Both the position numbers and the translations under genes were made by a program. Below are positions 19,559-28,898 of a stretch of 64,000 bases of DNA, piece after piece. The stretch comes from Spirochaetales bacterium (GTDB taxonomy: Bacteria > Spirochaetota > Spirochaetia > JABEVK01): NCBI GenBank assembly GCA_037142615.1, contig JBAXAI010000010.1:57966-121965 (forward strand). The letters run 5' to 3'. The notes under the pieces are model-generated. The model was given only the letters and a program-made list of their open reading frames with translations. It did not search any database and was not told where the DNA came from. The number at the start of each line of letters is the position of its first letter. The stretch's first letter is position 1.

Positions 19559-19990
19559 ATGCTGATGGGTATTTCGCCGGTCATCGGACCGGAACTGCTG
19601 GATGTGCTGTTTCGCATGGGGCACGGCGACGAGATCGTGCTGGCCGACGCTTTCTTTACCGGCGACTCGCTGGGCAAACGGGTCATCCGCGCCGACGGTC
19701 TGCGCATTCCCGATCTGTTGGACGGCATACTGCGACTGATCAACCTCGACGACTTCGTCACCGACTCACTGGTGATCATGGACCCCGTGAAGGGTGACCA
19801 TCTGGACCCGAACATGGAGAAGACCTACCGCGCGGCGATCGAAAAACACTGGCCCAAGGCCCCCGCCTTCACGCGGCTGGAGCGCTTCAAGTTCTACGAC
19901 CGCTCGCGGGCCGCTTTTGCGGTGGTGATGACCGGCGAAACCGTCAAGTACGGCAACATCATTCTCAAGAAAGGCGTGATTCCCGTATGA
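19559..19990 (+). CDS. fucU: L-fucose mutarotase (RbsD/FucU family)
   Basis: MGHGDEIVLADA.F, RF.FY, TGE...YGNIILKKGV. Confidence 0.92.
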   Translation: MLMGISPVIGPELLDVLFRMGHGDEIVLADAFFTGDSLGKRVIRADGLRIPDLLDGILRLINLDDFVTDSLVIMDPVKGDHLDPNMEKTYRAAIEKHWPKAPAFTRLERFKFYDRSRAAFAVVMTGETVKYGNIILKKGVIPV

Positions 19991-20985
19991 CGCCCGAAGT
20001 TGTGGCGCACGGAGAGGTCCTGATCGACCTTTCGCAGCACGGTCCGGGCCCCATGGGTTACCCCGCGTACGAGGCCCTTCCCGGCGGTGGGGTGGCGAAC
20101 CTGGCGGTCGCGCTGGGGCGCTGGGGCCACCGGGTCGGGTTTTCCGGCCGGGTCGGCGCCGATGCCTTGGGAACCTTGCTCCGCAAAGTGCTCGAGGACG
20201 GCAAGGTCGACACCAGCCGCCTGACCAGCGATTTTCCGCCCACCACCATGGCCATCGTTTCGCTCGATGCGCATGGCGACCGAAGTTTTGACTTCCTGTG
20301 GCAGGGAACCAGTTGCGCGGGCCTCCCTGTTGCCCTGGCCAGGCCAACTGGCCAAGCCGACAAAGCGCAACTGCCCAAGGTCTTCCATTTCAGCACCGTG
20401 TCGATGTGCGAGCCCGTGGGTTTTGCCAACAATCTGACCTCGGCACGTTCGCACAAAGAAGCCGGCGTGGCGATCAGCTTTGACCCGAACTTCCGCCCCC
20501 GCCTTTGGGAGAAGCCCGACGAAGCCCGGCGCGCCATCCACGAGGGCTTGGCCCTGGCCGATATCGTCAAAATCAGCGAGGAAGAAGTCGCGTTCGCGCT
20601 CGGCGAACCCGCCGGAGACCCGCTCGAACAGGCCAAGAAGCTCAGAGCCCAGCTCGCGAAGGGGAAAACCCAGCCGGCGCTGCTTTTTGTCACCCTGGGC
20701 CCTCAAGGCTGCCTGTGGAACTGCGGTGGCGAATGGGGTCGGCAAACCCCGCCGCCGGTCAAGGTGGTTGATACCACGGGCGCCGGCGACTGCTTCATGG
20801 CCGGCGTGCTGCATTCGCTGCTGGTGCTGGGCAAGGCGCCTTCGCAGGTTCTCCCCGCCGAAGCGGCCGCCTTGGCGGCTTTTGGCGTCAAGACCGGTTC
20901 CTTAGCCACCACCAAACGGGGTGGCATTCCCTCGATCCCGACTCTCGAAGAAGTGAAAGTAGACAAAGGAGTTTCTCATGGCTAA
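19987..20985 (+). CDS. PfkB-family carbohydrate kinase
   Basis: [32 protein letters not shown]. Confidence 0.92.
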   Translation: MTPEVVAHGEVLIDLSQHGPGPMGYPAYEALPGGGVANLAVALGRWGHRVGFSGRVGADALGTLLRKVLEDGKVDTSRLTSDFPPTTMAIVSLDAHGDRSFDFLWQGTSCAGLPVALARPTGQADKAQLPKVFHFSTVSMCEPVGFANNLTSARSHKEAGVAISFDPNFRPRLWEKPDEARRAIHEGLALADIVKISEEEVAFALGEPAGDPLEQAKKLRAQLAKGKTQPALLFVTLGPQGCLWNCGGEWGRQTPPPVKVVDTTGAGDCFMAGVLHSLLVLGKAPSQVLPAEAAALAAFGVKTGSLATTKRGGIPSIPTLEEVKVDKGVSHG

Positions 20986-22780
20986 GAAATCAGCAGGAAT
21001 CTGGAAGGCGTCGTTGCCCAAAGTTGGCATCCGCCCCACCATCGACGGTCGCCTCAATGGCGTTCGTGAATCGCTCGAAGAACAGACGATGAACTTGGCC
21101 AAGGCGGCCGCAAAGTTCATCAGCAAAAACCTGCGTCATCCCAGCGGTGAACCCGTGGAATGCGTGCTTGCCGAAACCACCATTGGCGGCGTCAACGAAG
21201 CTGCGCGTTGCCGCGAGTACTTCCGCGAACAGGGTGTGGGGCTCACGCTCACCGTCACCACCTGCTGGTGCTACGGCAGCGAAACCATGGACATGGATCC
21301 CCTGACCCCCAAGGCAGTTTGGGGCTTCAACGGCACTGAGCGCCCCGGCGCGGTGTACTTGGCCGCCGTGTTGGCTGCTCACGCTCAGAAAGGCCTGCCC
21401 TGCTTTGGCATCTACGGCCACGATGTGCAAGAAGCCGGCGACACGAAGATCCCTGCCGACGTGCAAGAGAAGATTCTCCGGTTCGTGAAGGCCGGGCTGG
21501 CCGTGGCCACGATGCAGGGCCGCAGCTACCTCTCGATGGGCTCGGTGTCGATGGGCATCGCGGGTTCGATCGTCAACGAGGACTTCTTCCAGAAATACCT
21601 GGGCATGCGCAACGAGTTTGTCGACATGAGCGAGTTCACCCGGCGCATCGACGAAGGCATTTACGACCCCGAGGAGTTCAAAAAGGCTTTGGCCTGGGTG
21701 AAGAAGAACTGTCCGCAAGGCCCCGACCTCAACCCGCCCAAGGCCAAGAAGAAGCAAAGCGTGCTCGACAAGGAATGGGAGTACGTGGTCAAAATGACCC
21801 TCATCGCCCGCGACCTGATGGTGGGCAACGCCCGGCTGGCCGAGCTCGGCTTTGGTGAAGAGGCTTTGGGCCGCAACGCCCTCGCCAGCGGCTTCCAGGG
21901 CCAGCGCGCCTGGACCGACCACTCGCCCAACGGCGACTTCCTCGAGGCCATTTTGTGCAGCAGTTTTGACTGGAACGGCATCCGCGAGGCCTTCGTGGTC
22001 GCCACCGAAAACGACAGCCTCAACGGTGTCACGATGCTCTTCAGCCACCTGCTCACCGGCACCGCTCAGGTCTTTGCCGACGTGCGCACGTACTGGAGTC
22101 CCGACTCCGTCAAGCGTGTCACGAACCACAAGCTCGAAGGCCACGCCAAGAACGGCATCATCCACCTGATCAACTCGGGGGCCGCCGCGCTCGATGGGGC
22201 CGGCGGCATGAAAGACAAGAAGGGCAACAGCGTGATGAAACCCCTGTGGGACATCACCGACGCCGATGTCGAAGCCTCGCTGAAAGCCACGACCTGGGGA
22301 CCTGCTATCACCGAATATTTCCGTGGCGGCGGTTTCAGTTCCACCTGGTCGACCGAAGGCGAAATGCCGGTGACGCTGGTGCGGCTCAATCATGTGGCTG
22401 GCGTGGGCCCCGTGCTTCAGTTGGCCGAAGGCTACACGGTCAACCTGCCCAAGGACGTCGCCAAGACCCTCGAGGACCGAACCAACCCCACCTGGCCGAG
22501 CACTTGGTTTGCTCCGACCCTCACGGGACAGGGTGCCTTCCGCGATGTGTACAGCGTGATGAACAACTGGGGTGCCAACCATGGTGCCTTCAGCTACGGC
22601 CATATCGGCGGCGACTTGATCGCCCTGTGCGCGCTGCTGCGCATCCCCGTGTGCATGCACAACGTGAGCGCCGAAAAGGTGTTCCGCCCGGCCTCGTGGT
22701 CGGCCTTTGGCACCTCGGAACTCGAAGGCGCCGACTACCGCGCCTGCGCCGCGTACGGTCCCTTGTACGGGAGGGCCTAG
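20978..22780 (+). CDS. fucI: L-fucose isomerase (D-arabinose isomerase)
   Basis: [58 protein letters not shown]. Confidence 0.97.
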   Translation: MAKKSAGIWKASLPKVGIRPTIDGRLNGVRESLEEQTMNLAKAAAKFISKNLRHPSGEPVECVLAETTIGGVNEAARCREYFREQGVGLTLTVTTCWCYGSETMDMDPLTPKAVWGFNGTERPGAVYLAAVLAAHAQKGLPCFGIYGHDVQEAGDTKIPADVQEKILRFVKAGLAVATMQGRSYLSMGSVSMGIAGSIVNEDFFQKYLGMRNEFVDMSEFTRRIDEGIYDPEEFKKALAWVKKNCPQGPDLNPPKAKKKQSVLDKEWEYVVKMTLIARDLMVGNARLAELGFGEEALGRNALASGFQGQRAWTDHSPNGDFLEAILCSSFDWNGIREAFVVATENDSLNGVTMLFSHLLTGTAQVFADVRTYWSPDSVKRVTNHKLEGHAKNGIIHLINSGAAALDGAGGMKDKKGNSVMKPLWDITDADVEASLKATTWGPAITEYFRGGGFSSTWSTEGEMPVTLVRLNHVAGVGPVLQLAEGYTVNLPKDVAKTLEDRTNPTWPSTWFAPTLTGQGAFRDVYSVMNNWGANHGAFSYGHIGGDLIALCALLRIPVCMHNVSAEKVFRPASWSAFGTSELEGADYRACAAYGPLYGRA

Positions 22781-22782
22781 CC

Positions 22783-22928
22783 GTGCGTTGGCTTCAGAGC
22801 GTTGCGAGGACGGGTTCCGGCAAAGCCGTTGGCGAAGGTCGACCCGGAGCGTATCTGTGATACGTGAGGATTCGACCAAGCCGGCGGCGCAGCCGGAACC
22901 CGCCGCAGTAGCTCCGAAGCCAACACAC
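22783..22928. repeat. ~146-nt palindromic element, copy 3 (inverted relative to copy 1)
   Basis: Terminal IR gtgcgttggcttcagagc / gctccgaagccaacacac; reverse complement carries gctactgcgg, aatcctcacgtatc...gatacgct and gtcctcgc.acgc as in copy 1. Confidence 0.8.
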
Positions 22929-24425
22929 ATGGACCACGTTTTGGCGATTGATCTAGGCGCTTCCGGAGGGCGCGTCATCCGCGGGACGTGGGACGCGTCG
23001 GCCGCAAAGCTGAAGCTCGAGGAAATCCACCGGTTCGCCAACGAGCCGGTGGAGGTTCTGGGCACCCTGCACTGGGACACCCTCCGGTTGTGGTTCGAGA
23101 TTCAAAAAGGGGTCCGCGAAGCGGTGAGGACCCTCCCCAAGGGCGAACGTATCCGGTCGCTGGCCGTCGATACCTGGGGCGTCGATTTTGGTCTGCTCGA
23201 TGCGCACGGCCGCTTGCTGGGAAACCCCGTACACTACCGCGACAAGCGGACCGAAGGGCAGGTGGCCAAGCTGACGGCTCAATTTGGCGAGGGGGAGCTG
23301 TTCCGCCGGGCCGGCACGCAGGACGAGTGGTTCAACACCATTGGTCAGCTTCGCGGCGCTTTGGAGCGCGACCCTCACTTCCTCGCAGGCGCCAAGGCTC
23401 TGCTGTTTTCGCCCGACCTGTTCAACTACTTCTTCTCGGGGCTTAAGGCCGCCGAAAGAACTATCGCGAGCACCTCGCAGCTGCTGCAAGCCGGCAAAAC
23501 CAGTTGGGACAACGAGATCCTGGCCAAGCTGGGGGTTCCGGCGGGTCTGATGCAAGCGGTGCGCGAACCGGGAACGTTGCTGGGTCCGGTGTTGCCTGCC
23601 GTCGCCGCCGAACTCGGTCTGACCCCTGATACGCAGGTGGCCCTGGTTCCCAGCCACGATACCGAAAGCGCCGCCTTGGCGGTGCCCACGACTTCGGGCA
23701 AGCCCTTTGCCTTTATCAGCTGCGGCACGTGGGCCGTGCTCGGCGCCGAACTGTCTGCGCCCGTGACTTCCGAAGCCGCAAGGCTTGCCAAGTTTTCGAA
23801 CGAGGCCGGGGCCTTCGGGACCAACCTGCTGCTGAGCAACATCATGGGCATGTGGCTGGTGCAGGAATGTAAACGCTGGTGGGAGCGCGACGGAAAGAAG
23901 TTTGGCCATGCCGAGCTCGTCGATTGGGCCGCCCAAGCTCCTTGGGGAGGAAGCCTGATCGATGTGAATGACCCCCTGTTTTCGACCCCCGGCGACATGC
24001 CAGGACGCCTCGTGGACTACTGCATGAAGAAGGGCCTACCGGTACCCGAGGGTCGCGGCGCGGTGGTCCGCTGTGTGCTCGAAAGTCTGGCTTGCGAGTT
24101 CCGCCGCAGTCTGGAGACCATGGAAAAGGTGACCGGTCAGGCGTTTGCCGAACTGTGGCTCGTCGGTGGCGGCTCGCAAAACCAACTGCTGTGCCAACTC
24201 ACGGCCGACCTCACAGGCCGAACCGTGCTCACGGGGCCCATCGAGACCACCGCGCTGGGCAACATTGCGGCGCAGTTTGTGGCCTTGGGAACCTTCGGGT
24301 CGGCGAGGGAGGCCCGTCAGGCGGTTTCCAGCTCGTTTGGTGTGTCGCACTACGAACCGGGCAACCGCCTGTTGGCCGCCGACACGTACCGGCGGTGGTT
24401 GGCCGTTACTTCTTCGAATGGTTGA
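22929..24425 (+). CDS. Rhamnulokinase/fuculokinase-type FGGY kinase
   Basis: LAIDLGASGGR, VDTWGVDFG, HYRD.RT, SHDT, SCGTW, VGGGSQN; ATG start follows the repeat. Confidence 0.92.
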   Translation: MDHVLAIDLGASGGRVIRGTWDASAAKLKLEEIHRFANEPVEVLGTLHWDTLRLWFEIQKGVREAVRTLPKGERIRSLAVDTWGVDFGLLDAHGRLLGNPVHYRDKRTEGQVAKLTAQFGEGELFRRAGTQDEWFNTIGQLRGALERDPHFLAGAKALLFSPDLFNYFFSGLKAAERTIASTSQLLQAGKTSWDNEILAKLGVPAGLMQAVREPGTLLGPVLPAVAAELGLTPDTQVALVPSHDTESAALAVPTTSGKPFAFISCGTWAVLGAELSAPVTSEAARLAKFSNEAGAFGTNLLLSNIMGMWLVQECKRWWERDGKKFGHAELVDWAAQAPWGGSLIDVNDPLFSTPGDMPGRLVDYCMKKGLPVPEGRGAVVRCVLESLACEFRRSLETMEKVTGQAFAELWLVGGGSQNQLLCQLTADLTGRTVLTGPIETTALGNIAAQFVALGTFGSAREARQAVSSSFGVSHYEPGNRLLAADTYRRWLAVTSSNG

Positions 24426-24930
24426 CCGGAGGGACTCCGATCTTCTCGGACAAGGCAAAAAGGACGGCAGTGACGACGAAGGTCATGTGAATGCCGACCA
24501 TCCAGGCCAGGTGTTCCGTTGACCAGTCCTTCAGATTCAGGAAAGCCCCCAAGAGGTTGATCCCTGACAACGCTACGATGGAGCCGATGAGCTTGAGCTT
24601 CAGGCCGGCGAAGTCCACCTCGCCCATCCAGGAAGGTCGATCCGGAGACTCGTCAGCAGCACCGATCTTCGAAACGAAGTTCTCGTAGCCACTGAAGATG
24701 ACCAGGATCATGAGGTTGCCCAATAGTGTCATGTCGATGAGGCTGAGGATCCCCAGAAGCAAGTACGTCTGGTCCTTTTCGAGCACATTGAGGGCAAAGC
24801 GAAAGAACTCCTCGCCGAACTTGAACATCAGCAACAGAAGGGCGAGGACGAGCCCCAGGTAGAAGGGAGCCAGCAGCCACCGACTGGCAAAGATCAATTT
24901 TTCCGTCGATTCCTCAATGAACTTGCGCAT
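24406..24930 (-). CDS. YqhA/UPF0114-family membrane protein
   Basis: FASRWLLAPFYLGL, SGYENFVSK, LKLKL..SIVA.S. Confidence 0.88.
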   Translation of the reverse strand: MRKFIEESTEKLIFASRWLLAPFYLGLVLALLLLMFKFGEEFFRFALNVLEKDQTYLLLGILSLIDMTLLGNLMILVIFSGYENFVSKIGAADESPDRPSWMGEVDFAGLKLKLIGSIVALSGINLLGAFLNLKDWSTEHLAWMVGIHMTFVVTAVLFALSEKIGVPPVNHSKK

Positions 24931-25007
24931 GGAAACTCCTTAATTCGCACGATCAGACAGGAATTAAGGCTAGTGTGAGGATTGATAGATTGCAATGACC
25001 ACTAAGT

Positions 25008-25823
25008 TTACACCCAGCGCTCCCGCAGCAATTCCATCATGTGCACGTTGAGCTCCCACTGTTCGGCAACGGGTTGGGCCGTGTACGGGAGCGCCGGCAT
25101 GTACGGCGCCGGGCCAAACTCGGGCGTCACGGTGAAGGTGGCAGCCCCGGCCTGCTGGTGACGTGTGAACACTTTGTCCCACCAAGTGAGGTGTGCCTCG
25201 ACGGCCGGCTGCCACTCGGGAGCCCTGGGATCGCTCACCTGGGGGCCTTGGGCGTGACCCACCCGGGCGTGCAGGTGGTCGGTGCGTTCTATGGCCAGCG
25301 CCAGCGACTCGGCCTGGTCTTCAAGCAGCGATTCGGACACGTTGCACCAATGCGAAAAGTCGGCCGTGAGGCGCAGTTGCGGGTCGTCTCGCAAAAAACC
25401 GGCGGTGACGGCGGCCGCGTACGCGAACTTGGCCCTGTGGGTCTCGTGCACGATTTTGACACCGGTTTGAGCCGAAACCTCGGCCGCCACGTCGAGGATG
25501 CGGCGGTTGAGCTCGGCCGGGAACCAGTCCCTCCCCGTCTGCGAATTGATGAACAACGGCTTGGCGGCCGCAACCCACTCGAGGTGCGCCCGGTACTCGC
25601 GCAGGTGAGCCAGGGGGTCGGCCGTGGTCGTCTCCCAATGTTGGCCGATCAACTGTAGCCCCTGCGCTGCCAGCGCCCCGAGAATCTCCTCGGTGCCCTT
25701 GCGGTCGTCGAGCGGTAGGCTGCACTCGACCCCGTGGAAGCCCGCTTGGCGAACCTTGCGCGCAAAGTCTGCCCACGAAAGGCTTTCCGAGCCCCAGCGT
25801 GGGCAGAAGAACTGAAGTTCCAT
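25008..25823 (-). CDS. Sugar phosphate isomerase/epimerase-like TIM-barrel protein
   Basis: HETHR, TADFSHW, HLHARVG, TPEFGP.PY. Confidence 0.82.
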   Translation of the reverse strand: MELQFFCPRWGSESLSWADFARKVRQAGFHGVECSLPLDDRKGTEEILGALAAQGLQLIGQHWETTTADPLAHLREYRAHLEWVAAAKPLFINSQTGRDWFPAELNRRILDVAAEVSAQTGVKIVHETHRAKFAYAAAVTAGFLRDDPQLRLTADFSHWCNVSESLLEDQAESLALAIERTDHLHARVGHAQGPQVSDPRAPEWQPAVEAHLTWWDKVFTRHQQAGAATFTVTPEFGPAPYMPALPYTAQPVAEQWELNVHMMELLRERWV

Positions 25824-25827
25824 GGTG

Positions 25828-26904
25828 CTACTTCGACCCGCAGCCGCAGGTGGTGAAGGCCATCACCTTGGCCATGATGGTCTTTTCGTAGCCCGGCATC
25901 GAGAGCACGTCGCATTCGCTGCCAATGATGAACGGGTGGCCCGAGGCTTTGAGTTTGCTTTCAATCTCGCACACCAGGTCGGGAATGCCGCTCAAGGGGA
26001 CCTCTTCGTCGGAATAGAACTTCTTGGTAGGGAGGTTGCCGTACAGCACCGTCGTCTTGGGCACCAAGGGCTCGGCCTCCCACAGCTTGACCGGGCTGCC
26101 GAAGCTGATGATCACCGGGTCGAGCACCGCAAACGAGGCGATCATCTCGGGCGTGAGCGAGCCGCAGTCGTGGAAAATCAGGTCGGTGCCGTGCTGGTTG
26201 AACAACGCTTTGAGCCTCAGGTTGGGCTCGATGACGAAGGTTTGGTACACGGTGCCACCCTCGGCAATCTGCTTGGGTGAAAAATACACGAGGTTGGCCG
26301 CGGGTTCGCACAAAAAGATGGCTTTGGCACCGGCCTTGATCTGCGCCAGCACGCAGGCGTGCACGGTCTTTTCGCACAGGTCCATCAGCGACGCCAGCAG
26401 CCCGACTTCGTCGTCGTCCTCGGGCGCGACACCACTGCCCGCCATGTAGATGGGCGTGATGGGGTCTTTCATCAGCTTGGTCATCAGCGAGAACGGGCCG
26501 ATGCTCATGCCGATGGGCACTTCCTTGCCCCCAGCCGCGAACGCCTTGGCAATCGCCGCCAGCGAGTCGCAGTTGGCCTTGATGCGCGGCGAGCCAAGCA
26601 CATCCATGGCAGCCACCTTGGCCACCAACGCGGGGTCGGGCTTGTCGTGAAAATGGTAGGTGGGAATGGCGGCCGCCGCAACGCCCATGGTGCGCAGCAT
26701 CACGTCTTTTTCGAGCGTGAGGTCCATGATGGGCAGCGCCAGCGGGCTATCGAAGCGGCGGGCGGTTTCGAGCATCACTTCGGCCAGGCGTTTGCCGTCG
26801 AGCAGAATGGCTTCGGGGTCCGATTTTTCGTGCAGGACGAGATGCGTCGCCACGGGCAACCGTTTTCCGGAAGCTGCGAGCGAGAGATAAAACGATCGGT
26901 CCAT
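25828..26904 (-). CDS. UROD/MtaA(CmuA)-family methylcobamide methyltransferase
   Basis: GPFSL, CEPAA, Zn motif FHDCG...GSECDV, YGNLP; directly downstream of the corrinoid protein gene. Confidence 0.8.
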   Translation of the reverse strand: MDRSFYLSLAASGKRLPVATHLVLHEKSDPEAILLDGKRLAEVMLETARRFDSPLALPIMDLTLEKDVMLRTMGVAAAAIPTYHFHDKPDPALVAKVAAMDVLGSPRIKANCDSLAAIAKAFAAGGKEVPIGMSIGPFSLMTKLMKDPITPIYMAGSGVAPEDDDEVGLLASLMDLCEKTVHACVLAQIKAGAKAIFLCEPAANLVYFSPKQIAEGGTVYQTFVIEPNLRLKALFNQHGTDLIFHDCGSLTPEMIASFAVLDPVIISFGSPVKLWEAEPLVPKTTVLYGNLPTKKFYSDEEVPLSGIPDLVCEIESKLKASGHPFIIGSECDVLSMPGYEKTIMAKVMAFTTCGCGSK

Positions 26905-26918
26905 GGGACGCTCCTTGG

Positions 26919-27551
26919 TCAGCTGACGAGTTCGATGGCCTTGTCGCCAGCCGAAGCGGCGTCGGCCGTGTACGCGTCGGCTCCGATGCTGGCGCAGAAG
27001 CTGTCGGTGATGGGGGCACCACCGATCATCACCTTGACCTGCTTGCGCACGCCGGCGGCTTCGAGGGCTTCAATGACGGTCTTCATTTCGTTCATGGTGG
27101 TCGTCAACAGCGCCGAGAGCGCCACGATCTGGGGCTTGTGCTCGTGCACGGCAGCCACAAACTTTTCCGCCGAGACGTCGACGCCGAGGTCGATCACTTC
27201 GAGGCCTTTGCCTTCCATCATCATGCGCACCAGGTTCTTGCCGATGTCGTGCAGGTCGCCTTTGACGGTACCGAGAATCACCTTGCCGGTGGCTTTGACT
27301 CCGGCTGTCACCAAATAGGGCTTGAGCAGTGCGGTGCCCTGATTCATGGCGCGGGCGGCGATGAGCACTTCGGGCACGTAGACCTCGTTGCGCTTGAACT
27401 TGCCGCCGATGATGTTCATGCCGGCCATCAGGCCGTCTTCGAGAATGCTCTTGGCCGCAATGCCCTGGTCGATGGCCTGCTGCACCAGCTCTTTCACTTC
27501 TTTGGCTTTACCCTTCTGCAAGAAGGTGGAAATGTCGTCGAGAATTGCCAT
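26919..27551 (-). CDS. Corrinoid (cobalamin-binding) methyl-carrier protein, MtaC/MtbC type
   Basis: Cap domain YVPEVLIAARAM; GTVKGDLHDIGKNLV, SALLTTT, MIGGAP. Confidence 0.95.
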   Translation of the reverse strand: MAILDDISTFLQKGKAKEVKELVQQAIDQGIAAKSILEDGLMAGMNIIGGKFKRNEVYVPEVLIAARAMNQGTALLKPYLVTAGVKATGKVILGTVKGDLHDIGKNLVRMMMEGKGLEVIDLGVDVSAEKFVAAVHEHKPQIVALSALLTTTMNEMKTVIEALEAAGVRKQVKVMIGGAPITDSFCASIGADAYTADAASAGDKAIELVS

Positions 27552-27586
27552 GCTATTCCTCCGTTTATCGTCCGTTTCTTCTGTTC

Positions 27587-27639
27587 AGCTTAAAGCAAGC
27601 GGTGACTGCCGTATTGCACTCCCTTACGCTTTTTGGGAC
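27587..27639 (-). promoter_or_regulatory. Activator-dependent promoter, copy A of the shared 53-bp motif
   Basis: Plus strand agctta-N18-gtattgcac-N11-ttttgggac; same spacing at 35289 and 56445. Confidence 0.75.
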
Positions 27640-28898
27640 AAATTGCGGTTCGTGAGCCAGGCTGCCAGGCCCGCCGTAGGCAAGACCACAGCCCGGCTGC
27701 GGAGTTTCTGGTACGCCGCCAAGCCGGGGCCGCCGGTAAAGTCGCGCAGGGCCATGGGTTGGTCTTCCAAAAGGACCAGTTCGCGGGCTTCGGCGGCCGC
27801 CTCGAGGTTGCGCAGGTTTTGGGCACCGACCACCAGGTTGCCGACGATCACCAGGTCGGCCTCGCGCACCAAACGGCAGTTGTCGGCGTGGGCCGTGTCG
27901 GAAAGGGGTGAGAACGGCGGCGAGACCACGCTGACCAAGTCGTAGACGCCGGCCACGTACAGGTCGCTGTCGCCGGGGCTGAGCACACCGGTCGACACCT
28001 GAAAGTCACCTTCGGCCAGCTCGCGAAGCACCGCCGAGGCCGCCCCGCCGCCGCCGATCACGTGGATGCGGGGTGCCGTGAGGCCGGGGTCGGTTCCCCT
28101 CAAGTGAAAATCGAACTGACCGGTGGCAGGATTGACGTACACCCGCACCTGAACTCCGTAAGCCGCCTCGAGGTTACCCGGCGTGAAAACCTCACTGGGG
28201 GTCCCTTGAGCCAGGACTCGGCCTTCGGCCAACAGCACAACCCGGGTGCAATACCGTGCGGCCAACCGCAAATCGTGCACGGCTGCCACGATGGTTTTTC
28301 CTTCGGCGGCCAGAGTTTGCGCGTAGCGGAAGGTCTGCTGCTGGTGGCTCAGGTCGAGGCTCGCGCTGGGCTCATCGAGCAGCAGCACCGGCGTTTGCTG
28401 CGCCAGCACCTTGGCAAACAGCACGCGCTGGCGCTCGCCGCCCGACATCTGGTCGAGGGGCTGCAACGCCAGCGCCTCGGTCGCGGTGAACGCCATGGCC
28501 TGGGCCACCGCGCGGCGGTCGGCGGCCGACTCCGGGCGAAAACGGCCCTGGTGGGGGTAGCGGCCCATCATCACCACGTCGGCGGCCGGGAACGACGAGG
28601 TCAGCGCCGTGTCCTGGTGCATCAGCGCCACCCGTAGCGCGATCTCGCGCGGCGGCAGGCCTCGCTGGGCCTGTGAAGTCAAAGGTTGGCCGAACACCTC
28701 TACCTGTCCTTCGAAGGGGATCAAGCCCGCCAAACATCGCAACAGCGTCGACTTGCCCGCACCGTTGGGTCCCAGGATGCCCAGAATCTCGCCGGGGAAC
28801 ACCTGCAGGTCGAGCCCCCGCAACACGGGTTTGTCGCCTAGGGAGCAATGCAGCCCTTGCACCGAAAGCGCGGGGCTCGAGACGCCTCCGGCGCTCAC
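27624..28898 (-). CDS. Cobalamin ABC transporter ATPase (BtuD-like) with a C-terminal extra domain
   Basis: GPNGAGKST, MSGGERQR, LLLDEP; GTG start overlaps the permease stop. Confidence 0.88.
   Translation of the reverse strand: MSAGGVSSPALSVQGLHCSLGDKPVLRGLDLQVFPGEILGILGPNGAGKSTLLRCLAGLIPFEGQVEVFGQPLTSQAQRGLPPREIALRVALMHQDTALTSSFPAADVVMMGRYPHQGRFRPESAADRRAVAQAMAFTATEALALQPLDQMSGGERQRVLFAKVLAQQTPVLLLDEPSASLDLSHQQQTFRYAQTLAAEGKTIVAAVHDLRLAARYCTRVVLLAEGRVLAQGTPSEVFTPGNLEAAYGVQVRVYVNPATGQFDFHLRGTDPGLTAPRIHVIGGGGAASAVLRELAEGDFQVSTGVLSPGDSDLYVAGVYDLVSVVSPPFSPLSDTAHADNCRLVREADLVIVGNLVVGAQNLRNLEAAAEARELVLLEDQPMALRDFTGGPGLAAYQKLRSRAVVLPTAGLAAWLTNRNLSQKA

Noticed and set aside
22707-22928. N-terminal extension of the FGGY kinase
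   Set aside because: It is a translation of the fucI end and the palindromic repeat; kinase homology begins at MDHVLAIDLG
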